The position numbers and the translations under genes were made by a program. The notes below the pieces were generated by a model. That model saw nothing but the letters and a program-made list of their open reading frames with translations. It did not search any database and was not told the DNA's origin. From Chiloscyllium plagiosum (lineage: Eukaryota), in contig NC_057749.1 of NCBI RefSeq assembly GCF_004010195.1, forward strand, positions 7,151,416-7,215,415: a stretch of DNA of 64,000 nucleotides, given 5' to 3'. Below, one piece after another: positions 25,484-38,690 of this stretch; position 1 is the first letter of the stretch; each line of letters opens with the position of its first letter.

Positions 25484-26360
25484 CAACAATACACACACTC
25501 TTGCAAAGTTTTACCAGCCAGGCATAAAGCATCATTTGTGTGTGGCACGGAGAGAAACATTAGAGAGGGCGATTTCAAATACTCAGGACATTTCAGATCA
25601 ATTAAAGCGCAATCCCTTACTGGGGTGTAGCTGAGGTGGAATCCAATTTGTACACCCAACCAATATCAAGAATGAGGGGGGGATCTAACGAAACAGAGAA
25701 CATTCTCTATCGAGTAGAAGAAGGAACAATGCTATGGACAAAGGCTCATCAGACTTGAAATGTTAACTCTGTTTTCTCTTCACCAATGCCAGTACTGCTC
25801 AGCTTTTCCAGCAATTTCTGACTTTGTTTCAGGAAAGATGCTCTGGGTAGGGGTTATGATTTAGAACACAGGGATATACAGTCAGGGGAAGGGGCAGGAA
25901 ATGTACGATGAAGAAGTGGTCAAATTTCTTCACTGAGGGTGGTGATCCTTTGAAATTCTTTAACCCCGGAAGACTGTGGACTTAACTACCCTCTGGGTAA
26001 TTAGGGATGGGTAAGATATGGTGGCTGAGGCAATGATACCAACATCCTGTGAATCAATTTCAAAACAATTTTGAGATTCTATTGTTGATCTACATTGAAA
26101 TGTCTCTTGGATTCAAAGCTCATAACAATCTGCACTTTAAATGGTAAGCTAGATATATACAGGTATATGGGAAAAGAGGGATATGTTTAGGTGAAAGGAG
26201 TGTGTGAATGTACTTGGATAGAGCATTAATATCAGAAAGAACCTTTAAAACAGATAGCCTGTTTCTTTAACCCCAGAAGACTGTGGACTGATCATTGACT
26301 TTAAGCAGAAGTTGATAGATTCCCAGATACTAATGACATGAAGGGATATGGGATAATATT

Positions 26361-26682
26361 TTAGATTAGATTAGATTTCCCTACAGTGTGGAAACAGGCC
26401 CTTCAGCCCAACAAGTCCACAGCGACCCTCTGAGGAGTAACCCACCCAGACCCATTTCCCTCTGACTAATGCACCTAACACTACGGGCAATTTAGCATGG
26501 TCAATTCACCTGGCCCACACATCTTTGGACTGTGGGAGGAGACCGGAGTACCCAGAGGAAACCCACACAGAAACAGGGAGAATATGCAAACTCCACACAG
26601 ACACTCGCCTGAGGCTGGAATTGAACCTGGGACCCTGGTACTGTAAGATAGCAGTGCTAACCACTGAGCCACCGTGCCGCAC
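26361..26682 (-). mobile_element. HE1-type V-SINE
   Basis: Full tail, V-domain and head. Confidence 0.92.
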
Positions 26683-27074
26683 CATCGGGGCCATTGAGCT
26701 GTTGAGATAGATGATTAGCCATGATCTAGAATGGCAGAGCAGGGTCAAAGGGCTAAATGGCCCATTCCTGTTCCCACGACCCAGTGTTCCAAGACTATAT
26801 CATCTGTATTAATGAGGTTGGTCAAGGGATTACAATTGGAATGAACTTCCTTGCTTTCTTTTCCAAAGTGATGTTGCTGGTTCCAGGGTATGGTTCATGT
26901 GAGCTGACTCTTACTGAGTTTCTCTGAATGGAAAGTGGACCAGGCAGTCTGTGTTGTAACTGATAATCCTTCCCACCCTCATATTCATCCCAGTATGCAT
27001 CCTAGGCAATCCAGCTCTAGATCCATTTCAACACCTTTCAATTTTAAGATGGTGCAATACATCAGGAAAGAAGG

Positions 27075-27510
27075 CATTAGAGACATTGCAGCAAAGATTC
27101 ATGAGAATGGTTCCAGAGATAAGGAACTTGTGTTGTACTGATAGATTGGAAATCTGGGACTGTTTCAGTTGGAGAAGAGGTTGGGAGGAGATGTTTTCAA
27201 AATCATGAAGGATTTGGACACAGTAGATAGGAATAAACTATTACTATAGGTGAAAAGATTAAGAACAAAATGTCACAGCGATGGGTGATTGGCTAAATGA
27301 GCAATGGAGACAACACTGAGAAACTTTGGAACATAGCGAATGGTTGGGATCTGGGAAGTGGGAGAATGGTGGAGGCAGGTTCAGTTGAGTTATTTAAGAA
27401 GGATCTGGATCATTGCCAGCAAAGCGAAAATGTGCAGGAAAAGCGAGTGGAGCAGGACAAAGCTTATCCAGAGAGCTGGCACAAAATATGAAGGGCCGAA
27501 CGACCTGTAT
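27075..27510 (+). mobile_element. Old CR1 LINE 3' fragment
   Basis: agattcatgagaatggttccagagataagg...gggccgaacgacctgta. Confidence 0.65.
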
Positions 27511-27519
27511 TGTTAGAGG

Positions 27520-27850
27520 GAGGTGATGGTCTAGACTATTGGTCCAGAGGCCCTGGTAATACTTGGAGGATCTGGCTTCAAATATTACTGTGGCAGATGG
27601 TAGAATTTGCATCTCATAAAAATGTGGAATTAAGACTCTAGTAGGGGCCAGGAATGCATTGTTGATTGTCATAAAACGCATCTAGTTCACCAATATTCAT
27701 CAGGACAGAAAGCTGCCATCTTTATCTGGTCTGGTCTACACGTGACTCCACGCCAACAGTAATGTGATTGAAACTTAACTACTCTGTGGGCAATTATGGA
27801 TGGTCAAAAGTGGTGGCCGAGTGAGTGACACCAACATCCTGTGAATTAAT
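27520..27850 (+). mobile_element. tRNA-derived SINE, family B
   Basis: ctagactatt..ccagag...ggcagatggtagaatttg...tgccatctttatctggtctgg. Confidence 0.7.
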
Positions 27851-30745
27851 AGGATGAGCAGCGGGTTGGTAAGAGAACGTGGAAGCTGAACACTAAGCTG
27901 TTGACCCCGGAAAACATTGTGGAGCTCAAGAGGATTACGCAGGTTGGAGAACCGTGAAGCCCCTCTTTGAGTCTCCAGCGGACTGGTGGGAAACAGTTAA
28001 AGGGAACATCAAGAGATTCTTCATCCTCAAAGGTATTCAGGAGGCGAGAGAGAGGCAGGGAAAACTGTTCCCAACTCCAGGAAAGTATGCAGAACCTGCT
28101 CCTGCTGCAGACGATGGGGGTCGATGTCATGGAGGACCTCCAGAAGGTGAAGGGCCAGAAAGTCTCGCTCTTTGCCTCGGAGGCCTCCAAGATAATCTTC
28201 CGGTCCAGAGTCCGCTCGGTGGAGCAGGACGAGACGTGCTCATGTTTCTTCTTCCAGAAGGTGCACAAAGGGAGCTCCGTGCTCAGCAGCCTGAAGGAAG
28301 AAGATGGCTCGATAACGTCATCTCAGGCTGACGTCATGAGGATCAGTAAATCCTTCTATGCCAGTCTGTACGACTCAAAGCCAACCAACAGCGCGGCCTC
28401 CCAATTGTTCCTGTCCTCTATCACGGAGGTCTTAGACGATGGAACACGAGCGAGGCTGGACCAGCCGCTATCTCTGGACGAGCTGACCAAGGCCCTTGAG
28501 TCCTTCGAAAAGAATAAAACTCCTGAAAGCGACGGCTTACCGGTCGAGCTCTATTCCGCTCTGTGGGACTTGATTGGCCAGGACCTGGAGGTGTATGTCA
28601 GTATGCTTCGGGCAGGTACCATGAGTGAATCCATGAGGAAAGGCATCATCACCCTCACCTACAAGCAGAAGGGGGAGAGGGAGGAAATCAGAAATTGGAA
28701 ACCAATCTCACTATTGAATGCGGATTACAAAATCTTGTCAAAGGTAATCGCCAACTGGGTCAGGTCTGCTCTAGGGTCGGTGATCCACCCTGACCAAACC
28801 TGTGCTGTACCGGACAAGAAGATCGCTGAGGGTCTCGCACTCCTCAGGGATACGATCGCCTACGTGCAGGACAGGGGGTTGGACACCTGCCTCATCAGCC
28901 TGAACCAGGAGAAAGCCTTTGACAGGATATCACATTCGTATATGAGAGATGTTCTCTCCAAAATGGGCTTTGGGGAGGGAATCTGCAATTGGATCAGACT
29001 GCTCTACACCAACATTCTCAATCAATGGTTGGGAAACAGACAGCTTTCCAGTCAGATCTGGAGTCAGGCAGGGCTGCCCTCTCTCTCCTGCCTTGTTTGT
29101 GTGCTGCATAGAGCCATTTGCCAAGTCCATCAGGAGGGATGCAAGCCTGAGAGGGGTGACTATTCCTGGCAGTGGGGACCTACAGGTTAAGGCCTCCCTG
29201 TACATGGATGATGTCGCCATTTTCTGCTCGGATTGCTGTCCGTGCACAGACTCATGTGCATCTGTCACCAGTTCGAACGGGCCTCAGGGGCCAAGGTCAA
29301 CCGAGGCAAGAGGGAGACCATGCTCTTTGGGAACTAGGCTGACCAATACTCGATCCCCTTCACCGTCAGGACTGACCACCTGAAGGTGCTGGGTATTTGG
29401 TTCGGGGGGGGCTGGGCCGTGTGCCAAGTCTTGGGAGGAGCGTATCAAGAAAGTGAGGCAGAAACTGGGCAGATGGGAGCTACGGTCGCTCTCCATTGCG
29501 GGTAAAAACCTGATCATCAGGTGTGAGGCACTGTCAGTGTTATTATATGTGGCACAGGTCTGGCCGATTCCCAAAACCTGTGCCGTCATAGTCACCCGGG
29601 CCATCTTCCATTTTATATGGAGATCAAAGATGGCCAAGATCCAAAGGGATTCAATGTATAAAGATCTGGGCAACAGGGGAAAAAACACACCCAATGCCAC
29701 CCTCACCCTGATGGCCACCTTTGTGTGTGGCTGCATCAAGCTATGTGTGGATCCCCGGTACGCAAACACCAAGTGTCACTACGTACTGAGGTTCTACCTG
29801 TCCACGGTGTTGCGAAGAATGGGCCTGGTCTCGCTGCCGCGGAACGCTCCAAGTAGTTGGACCGTTCCGTATCACCTGTCCTTTGTGGAGAAATTTATGA
29901 AGAAAAACACCTTTGACCACAAGTCCATCAGGAAGTGGTCAGCACGTAGTGTCCTTGAGACCTTTCGGGAAAAGGAGAGGGTGGATCCTGTCGAGCAGTT
30001 CCCTGGGCAGACTGTCAAAGCCATTTGGTAGAATGCCTCATTGCCAGAACTTTCCAACAAGTACCAAGATATGGCTTGGCTGGTGGAGAGAAGGGCTCTG
30101 CCTGTGAGATCCTTTATGCACGTCTGGACTCTCTGCCAGATGAGGAGCCAATCACCACGCTTCACCTGAAGCGGCTGCGGGGGGACGAGACTGTCACACA
30201 CCTCCTTCTGGAATGTGCCTATGCAGAAGAAGTCTGGAGAGAAATGCAGTGTTGTCTGTCGAGGTTCGTCCCGAGCAGCTCCATGACGCAGGACTCAGTG
30301 CTCTACGGCCTGTTCCCCGGGACGCACACTGAGACGAACATCAACTGTGTGGAGGATCATCAACTCGGTCAAAGACGCTCTTTGGTCTGTCTGAAACCTG
30401 TTGATCTTCCAGCTGAAGGAGTTGACCCCGACTGAGTGTTGCGGACTGGCACATTCCAAGGTCCAGGACTACGTGTTGAGGGACGCGCTGAAGCTTGGGG
30501 CAGCTGCCGCCAAGGCGCGGTGGGGAAAGACCACTGTGTCACGTCTGCCTGCCTAAAAAGAACAGGGGGCCCACTCAGTAAGTGGCTCCGCTGACACCTT
30601 AGCTAAATATATGGATGGTAAACATACAGACCTGTATATACGAATGATTAATTCCGATCTCTATATGTAAAGAAATTGAATGTATATGTGTGTATGACAT
30701 GACCAATTGTACAGACTATCAAAATATTTTTATGAAATAACAAAT
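27851..30745 (+). mobile_element. Tx1-like (L1 group) non-LTR retrotransposon, 5'-truncated; ORF2 pseudogene
   Basis: Starts at WKLN just after the endonuclease. RT motifs PESDGLP, NWKPISLLNADYKILSK, QEKAFD, GVRQGCPLSP, YMDD; C-terminal CCHC-type remnant (...DETVTHLLLEC). Several frameshifts and stops; AT-rich 3' UTR. Confidence 0.93.
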
Positions 30746-31614
30746 AATAATTTCAAAATTTGATATTCTATCGTTGGTCTGCATTGAAATGTCTCTTGGA
30801 TTCAGAACTCATAACAATCTGCACTATAAAAGGTAAAAGACTATATACATGGGAAAAGACGGATATGGTTAGCTGAATGGAGGGTGTGAACATACTGTAC
30901 TTGGATGGAGCATTAATAGCAGAAAGGACCTTTGAACCAGATAGCCAGCCTCCAGACTATAAATATTACACAATTCAATTTAACAATATTGATGCATAAG
31001 AAGAACTGCATATAAAAATAATCTATTTATGTAAAATCAAAATACTGCCAATGCTGGAAATCTAAAATAAAAACAGAAAATGTTTGAAAAGAACTCAACA
31101 GTTTTAGGTAGTACATGTGGAGAGAGACACCAAGTGAACACTTCAGCTCCTTGTCCCATTCATCAGATCTTACACCTGCTGAAAAATATAAGACAAAGGA
31201 TGATCTGCGACAGGATGATAGATTGGAGATACTGAATGATAGAATAACACACCTCATCCCTGCTTTGAACCAGATCACCATTCCTTCACTGCTGCTGGGT
31301 CAAAATCCTGGAATCCCCCAATAGCACTGTTTGGTTTACCTATACCACAGGAACACCAGTGGTACAAGAAATCAGCTCACCACCACCTTCTCTAGGGCAA
31401 TTAAGGGTCGGCAATAAATGCTGACCCAGGCAGTAATGTCCGTACCCAATCACTGAATTTCAGAAGAATTAGTCCTTTAATGTTAAAGGGAATGGAGATG
31501 GCGCAAGAAACAAAAAGATTTTCTTGAATAGATGTGCTGCTAATGTGAATGAACAAAATGAATCCAGCAAAGAAAAGGGGATAGAGTTCATGGTCTGGAC
31601 TTGTTGATGTCAAT

Positions 31615-32160
31615 GTTGAGTCCAGATTCACCAAAGATCCTTAGGCAGTATCTTTCGAACCCACAACAACTTCCATATCGAAGGACAAGGGCAGCTGTTA
31701 CATGGGAACACCACCCTCTCGGAGCCAATCACCCAGTCAAAACGTGTGGTGCTAGAAAAGCACAGCAGGTCAGGCAGCATCCGAGGAGCAGTAGAGTCGA
31801 TATTTCTGGCATAATCCCTGGATCAGGAATATTCCTGATGAAGAGTTTATGCCCGAAACGTTGACTCTCCTACTCCTCGGATGCTGCCTGACCCACTGTG
31901 CTTTTCCTGTGCCACACTTTTCGACTCTGATCTCCAGCATCTGCCGTCCTCACTTTCTCCGAGGAACCAATCACCATCCTGACTTGGAAAGATATCGCTG
32001 TTCCTTCACTGTTGCTGGGTCAAAATCCTGGAATTCCCTCCCTGAAGGCATTGTGGATCCATCTACAGCACGTGGACTCAGTGTACTAGAAGGCAGCTCA
32101 CCATGACCTCCACAAGTGGAAACTAAGGATGAGCAATAAATGCTGGTCCAGCTCATGTCC
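31615..32160 (+). mobile_element. CR1/L2-group LINE (second family) 3' end
   Basis: Matches 18070-18460; interrupted at 31734-31962. Confidence 0.8.
31734..31962 (+). mobile_element. Fold-back PLE terminal-repeat insertion, family A (older)
   Basis: Imperfect arms around atcaggaatattcctgat; TSD gga(g/a)ccaatcacc (31721-31733, 31963-31975). Confidence 0.85.
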
Positions 32161-32507
32161 CATGATTAATAAAGGAAACAGGATTTAAGTGCGACATCAA
32201 TGAGCACGCAGGGCTTTTCTTTCCTTCAATGCTGTCATCTCCTCCAATGAAGCGGCTAACTGCTTTTTTGACATGAGGAGCTGCCTGGTCAAGCACCCAT
32301 TCTATGAAGGGAAAGTGCCAACAAAAGGATACAAAGATGGGGGAGGGTGTTGTAAAAGCTAAAATGATGATTGCCTCATTCTCACTGGTCTGTTCTAGCA
32401 GAGGCCACCAGGTGGTGTTCAGAGAGGTGAATCCTGGCCCTGTCACCCTCCAGTACCCAGAGACAAATGGCCAATTCTAACTGCCCTATTGCCACCTTAA
32501 TTTTTTC

Positions 32508-32800
32508 TAGATTAGATTCCCTGCAATGTGGAAACAGACCATTTGGCCCAACAAGTCCACACCGACCCTCTGAAGAGTAACCTATCCAGGCCCCATTTCC
32601 GTCTGACTAATGCACCTAACACTATGGGCAATTCAGCATGGCCAATTCACCTGACCTGCACATCTTTGAACTGTGGGAAGAAACTGGAGCACCTGGAGGA
32701 AACCCACGCAGACACAGGGAGAATGTGCAAAATCCACACAGTCACCTGAGGTGGGAATTGAACCTGGGTTCCTGGCGCTGTGAGGCAGCAGTGCTAATTA
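32508..32800 (-). mobile_element. HE1-type V-SINE
   Basis: Tail, V-domain and partial head. Confidence 0.9.
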
Positions 32801-34114
32801 ATTGTGACCAGCTGTCTGAATACTGACTGCTGTCTAAACCCAACATCTCTGTTATCAGTGCAACACTGAGTAATACCCTTCATAAACTGAGTCACTAAGG
32901 AAAGACAGGCTTTCCTTTTGCAATTAAAAAATACCTGATTAATTATTGATTTACTCCACTATGCTCATTTATTAAAGAATGCATTATTTAGATATATATT
33001 CCCTATATATTTTTATCTTTAATCCTACTCTTCTGCATCAATCACTCCATAAGTTCCCTTCTTTCAAGTGAGGTAACAGCGATGAAGAGAATGGTATTTG
33101 AAGACGATATAAAGAGCAACATCAGGATCCCAATGTAAGGTATGGCTGTGCTGGGAAGAGATAGGCAGGGCCATTAATACACAAATCACCTCAGGCAAAA
33201 ATCACGGCATCTCACTAAATAACAATAGCTAAAGCTTAATTTGTCCATCCTGGTGGTATGCTTGAATGACAAGCTACCCTCCATCTCCATTTACTTTTAT
33301 GCTGATCTCCAAGTGGACATGGAAATGTCTAGCTTTTTATGGTGTACGTAACAGATCTGGTAGCACATTCACAAGGAGTGCTGTCGGTGTCAGGCAAATA
33401 TAGAGACAGGGACTGAGCAGCACAATGTGAGCATTGTACACCTCCGCATTTACACTGCTGAAATCCCAGTAATAACCATTGCATTTTCCCTCTTCATTTG
33501 TCTGAGTGATCAGTGTAAATAAAATATTTAATAGCACATATTTAAAAGCTGGTGATGCTTAGAATGGAGGTCTTGTGATGAGGTAGGCAGTGTCCCAGAC
33601 TGTCAGCCAGGAGCTCTGGGTTTGAATTGGATTCCAGGTCTTTTTAATCACAGAACTTTGCAAGATGGCCAAACAGCTTAATTATCAATCCTCAACTCCT
33701 TCCCATATGCATGGTTGCAGGCAGGAAGAGAGTCTCCCTCTTCGCCATCCTGCGGAAGGCATTGGCAAACCACTTTGTCAAGCCCAATCATTGACCAGAG
33801 TCTGTGTTCACCAATGGTGTCTTAGGGTTTGGTACTGAGAGAGAAGGTTCTCTTATCCCATTAGATCATGGCCAATTTGATCCTGTCCACCCCCTCCCCT
33901 GACCCTCAGCCTAATTTTCATGCATTGTCCTCCAACTCAATCCTTAAATTTTTGAAACTGAACAAGCATCCACTGCCTTTTGGAGAATATAGGGCATGCA
34001 TAAGAGAGTCCTTCCCCATAGTTAACCTCAAGCATGCCATTAACTGACAGTGAACAAATAGTTGTGTTCCATTAGGTTACACAGGAATTCTATGCATTCA
34101 GAAGCATTCTAGCA

Positions 34115-35597
34115 TCAACTCCAGCCTCCCCACTACTCTTGACCCACTCCAATTTGCCTATTGGACCAACAGATCTATGTCAGATGCCATATGACTTGCC
34201 CTTCACTCCTCCTTAGAACATCCTGACATCAAGAACAGTTACGTAAGAATCCTACTCATTGACTACAGTTCAGCCTTCAACACTATTATTCCCTTGAGAC
34301 TGATTACTAAACTTAGTGATCTCGGACTAAGCCCCACTCTCTGCAACTGGATCCTCAGTTTCCTGACCCACAGGCCACAATCAGTGAAGATTTCATCCTC
34401 ACTAACACACAACACTGAAGCACCTCCAGGAATGCATACTCAGCCCCCTACTGTACTCACTGTATACCCATGACTGCGTTGCCAAATACCAGACTAATGC
34501 CATTTACAAGTTCGCTGATGACTCCACCATAGTCATCTAATCTCAGATGGCGATTGAACAGACTTATAGGCGGGAGGTGGAAGACCCGGAAAAATGGTGC
34601 ACTGAGAACAAACTAGCTCTCAATGCCAGCAAAACCAAGGAACTCATTATTGACTTTCAGCGGGATGTTACTCATTTCCCCCCCTACACATTAACAGCAC
34701 AGAGGTGGAAGGAGTGGAGAATGTCAAGCTGCTGGGAGTGGTCATCAGCAACAAGCTTTCTTGGACTCTTCATGTGGATGCACTGGTTACAAAGGCCCAG
34801 CAATGTTTTTTCTTCCTCAGGCAGCTAAGAAATTTGGCATGATGGCGAATACCCTTGTCTACGTTTATTAGTGTGCCATCGAGAGCATTCTGTCTAGATG
34901 TATCACTACCTGGTATGGCAATTGTACCGTACAAGATTGGAGGCGGTTAAGTGAGTGGTGAACCCGGCCTGGACAATCACAAAGGCCAACCTCCCATCGA
35001 TGGAATCCACCTACCAGGCCTGCTGTCAAAAAAAGGCCACCAGCATTCTCAAAGATCCATCCCACCCTGGGAATGTTTCTCTACAACCTCTACCATCGGG
35101 GAGACGGTACAGAAGCCTGAACACATGCACCCGCCAGTTTCGAAACAGTTTCTACCCTATTGTTGTTAGAATATTGAATGGACTCATAAAAACTTAAGAC
35201 TAAAGTGGTGCTGGAAAAGCATAGCAGGTCAGGCAGCATTCGAGGAGCAGGAAAATCGATGTTTTGGGCAGGAGCCCTTCATCAGGACTTCATTCCCTGA
35301 TGAAGGGCTTTTGCCCGAAATGTCAATTTTCCTGCTCCTCAGATGCTGCCTGACCTGCTGTACTTTTCCAGCATCACTCTAATCTTGACTCTGATCTCCA
35401 ACATCTGCAGTCTTCACTTTCGCCTCATAAAAACTTAACATTTGCCTGTACCTGTGTTTTTGTTTTTGCCGCTGTTTACCTATTATTTACTATCTATGCT
35501 ACTTAATTATGTGAGCTGCCTGTATTGCTCACAAGAGAAAGCTTTTTACTGTGCTTTGGTACATGTGACAATAAATTCAATTCAATTCATTCCAATT
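34115..35597 (+). mobile_element. Rex1/Babar-type LINE, 5'-truncated RT pseudogene
   Basis: [60 protein letters not shown]; (aattc)n tail. Interrupted at 35198-35423. Confidence 0.88.
35198..35423 (+). mobile_element. Fold-back PLE terminal-repeat insertion, family A
   Basis: Inverted arms around cttcatcagg-acttcattc-cctgatgaag; perfect 15 bp TSD ctcataaaaacttaa (35183-35197, 35424-35438). Confidence 0.9.
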
Positions 35598-35599
35598 CA

Positions 35600-35895
35600 T
35601 GGGGTGGCAGGGTGGCTCAGTGGTTAGCACTTCTGCCTCACCACACCAGGTTCGATTCCAGCCTCGGGTAACTGTCTGTGTGGAGTTTGCACATTCTCCC
35701 CGTCTCTGCGTGGGTTTCCTCCGGGTGCTCCAGTTTTCTCCCACAGTCCAAAGATGTGCAGGTCAGGTGAGTTGGCCATAGTGTTTGGTGCATTAGTCAG
35801 AGGGAAAGTGGGTCTGGGTGGGTTACTCTTTGGAGCGTCGGTGTGGACTGGTTGGGCCAAAGGGCCTGTTTCCATACTGTAGGGAATCTAATCAA
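35600..35895 (+). mobile_element. HE1-type V-SINE
   Basis: Head, V-domain and gggaatctaatc tail. Confidence 0.9.
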
Positions 35896-35989
35896 TTCAA
35901 TTTTGCGACAACCCAAGCACAGAGGACAGGTGTGTAAACATAAGTGTTGTGCTCCTCTCTCCCAACAATATTCCAAAGTTCCTCATGCA

Positions 35990-36325
35990 ATAGGGCATCA
36001 GCAGTGGTTAGCGTACCACTGCCACCTCATAGCACCAGGGACCCAGGTTTGATTCCACCCTTGGGTGACTGTCTGAGGATTTTGCACATTTTCCCTATGA
36101 TTGTGTGGGTTTCCTCCAGGTGCTCCGGTTTCCTCCTACAGTCCAAAGATGTGCAGGTTAGGTTATTTGGCCATGATAAATTGCTTCATAATATACTGGT
36201 AGGCAGGTTAGCCATAGTAAATGCAGAGTTACAGGAATAAGGTTTGGATGTTCTTCAGAAGATCAGTGCAGACTCAATGGGCTGGATGGTCTCTTTCCAC
36301 ACTGTAGGGCTTCTACGATTCTATG
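35990..36325 (+). mobile_element. HE1-type V-SINE (diverged)
   Basis: Head, V-domain and tail. Confidence 0.85.
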
Positions 36326-38417
36326 AAATGAGAATCAAATGTGCAATACACCTCCAAACATTGAAACCTATGAGCAAATTGAAGCCTAAAGGCCCAAATT
36401 ATGACATTTAACCCCCAAATAATTTTGATTCAAGATTGCACCACACTCATTTCCAGCTGCACGTTCAAATCATTTTACCATTGAGCATCAAATAGATGTT
36501 TAGGGATTGAACTCTTACATGTAACAGACCTTTTGTTGAAAACAGTGCTGCTTCTGACTTGATTATATGTCATAGTTGAAGCTGCAAGATGGCTGCCATA
36601 TTGATAGGCCAATCGCGACGTCTCATGGAGTGACAATCTTTCATAATGAACTGGTTGGAAGATAATTATAACATTCCACTGAATTCAAGCCATCAAACTT
36701 GCTCTGCATGATTCAGAATTCAGAACTGCACTGTGGACCATTGCTGAAAGGCTGTTTGCTCATTAAAAGTATTTTTTTTTTGAGGAGTGAAAGGGCTTTA
36801 AAGTACTCAGGGGGCTTGAAACCAAGATGCATTTTACCTGTCTGGGCACCTCTAGCACAGATGGGAGTAGAATTTGGATAAGCCGCTCCAGAGGTAGGGA
36901 CACTAGTTCTCAAAAATATTTAACCTCTTCTTTGTGGCCAACCAGCCTCTCCCTACTAGGGAGTTGAACTCTGGCTGTCCACATAACAGACAGGAAGGCT
37001 ATTGTCGCTACAAATGAAGAGCTCCCCCTTGGTGGTCTTCAAAAGCTAAGGGATGGTACACAATGCTACACACAAGTTCCATGTGTTGAGTGGCAGTCAT
37101 AACTTCACTAATCTGAGCTTGCCTGAATGCACTTAAATTGAATTAAAGACTTTTCTTGCCCAGGCTCTTAAGCCATTGTTGTAGATGGAATGACTAACTA
37201 CTAACCAATCCATCCAGAGATTTGAAACTCACGCTTTCTTACTTCCTAAACACAAAGCAACAGAATCTCTTTCTTACAACTAAACCTTGCCAGAGGATTG
37301 CATAACTCCCCAATCGTCATTTCTTAATGAAAGGAATCCTTGTAAATATTATATATACTTCTGTTTTAATCATTGCAATGGAAATGGTCTACCCAGGGAT
37401 ATCATTAAATCATGCTGTCTGGGTGTCTTATCCAGAGGTGAATCTATTAAACAAGTTATGAGGCATTCTGAATTTCTGAAAGGGGGAATGTGTTAGGGTG
37501 AGAATCTGCATTACCTGTCCAAATCACTGTGAGTTACACACCCAGAAGATTTCTGGGTAAATGAATGCGACATTACGCCCATCAAAAGTTAATAAATGAT
37601 ACAATTCATGTCAAATTATTATATACACTCATGTAAGACTTGAGACTCTGAAGGCAGTTTTTTCCAGGCAAAGAGAAAGAGGTCAATTATACAGAAATAG
37701 TATTTCCAAAGGGTTAAAATTCATACCACTTCTTCAGAACTCTCGATAAAGACACAACCTCAGTGGCTAGTGGCCACAATTCTGAGTTCAACTGGAAATC
37801 GTTGTCTATTTCTGACAATTTTAATTCAGAAGCAGTCATCCCATAAAAGACTTAGAAGACTATTGCTGTTAACCCTGCCCTGACAAGGGACATATGGTGT
37901 TTTTGAAAAATTAAAGATTTTGGTGTCAGATGCAGGGGTCAATTTATACATAAGATCGACTACTTTACAAGTGCATGCAGTGACTAATTGGGTAGGAAAA
38001 ATAAACTATATTTTCTCAAACAAAATGAAGCTAGAGGGGAAAGGAGAAGAAATTCTTTTGACGCACAGAACTTTCATAGCCTGAAATGGTAGCTGATTCA
38101 ACAATAGTTTTCTCGAGAAAATTGGATATTTGAAAAGTGGAAAGTTAAGGGGTTATAGGGGACAAACAAAGAAGTGCGACAATTTGGACACCTGGCAGAT
38201 TTGAATAATTGAGTGAGGTCTCTTCCACCAGTTGCAACACCAATAGGAACCCATTTTCAGGAAGCTCAATAGGATTAAATCCACTTGGGCAATTCCTACC
38301 TTGCTCCTGGAAGGAGAATATTCTCCACAAGAAATCCTAGTGCAATGCAGATACCCATCAACAAAACTTATCAGTCCATATGAGGACAGCATCTCTCCTA
38401 CACTGTCACCAGGAATG

Positions 38418-38690
38418 ATCATAGAACCCCTGCAGTGTGGAAACAGGCTATTAAACCCATACCAACCCTCTGAAGAGCATCCCACCTCTCTACCCTATTC
38501 CCATAACCCTGCATTTCCCATGGCCAATCCACATCACCTGCTCATCTTTGGACTGTGGGAGGATAAGATGAAACTCATGCTGATACAAGGAAAACATGGT
38601 AAACCCCACAAAGACAGTTGCCCAAGGGTGGAATCAAACTCAGGACCCTGGTGCTGTGAGGTAGCACTGCTAACCGCTGAGCCACCACGA
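38418..38690 (-). mobile_element. HE1-type V-SINE (diverged)
   Basis: Tail, degraded V-domain and head. Confidence 0.8.
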
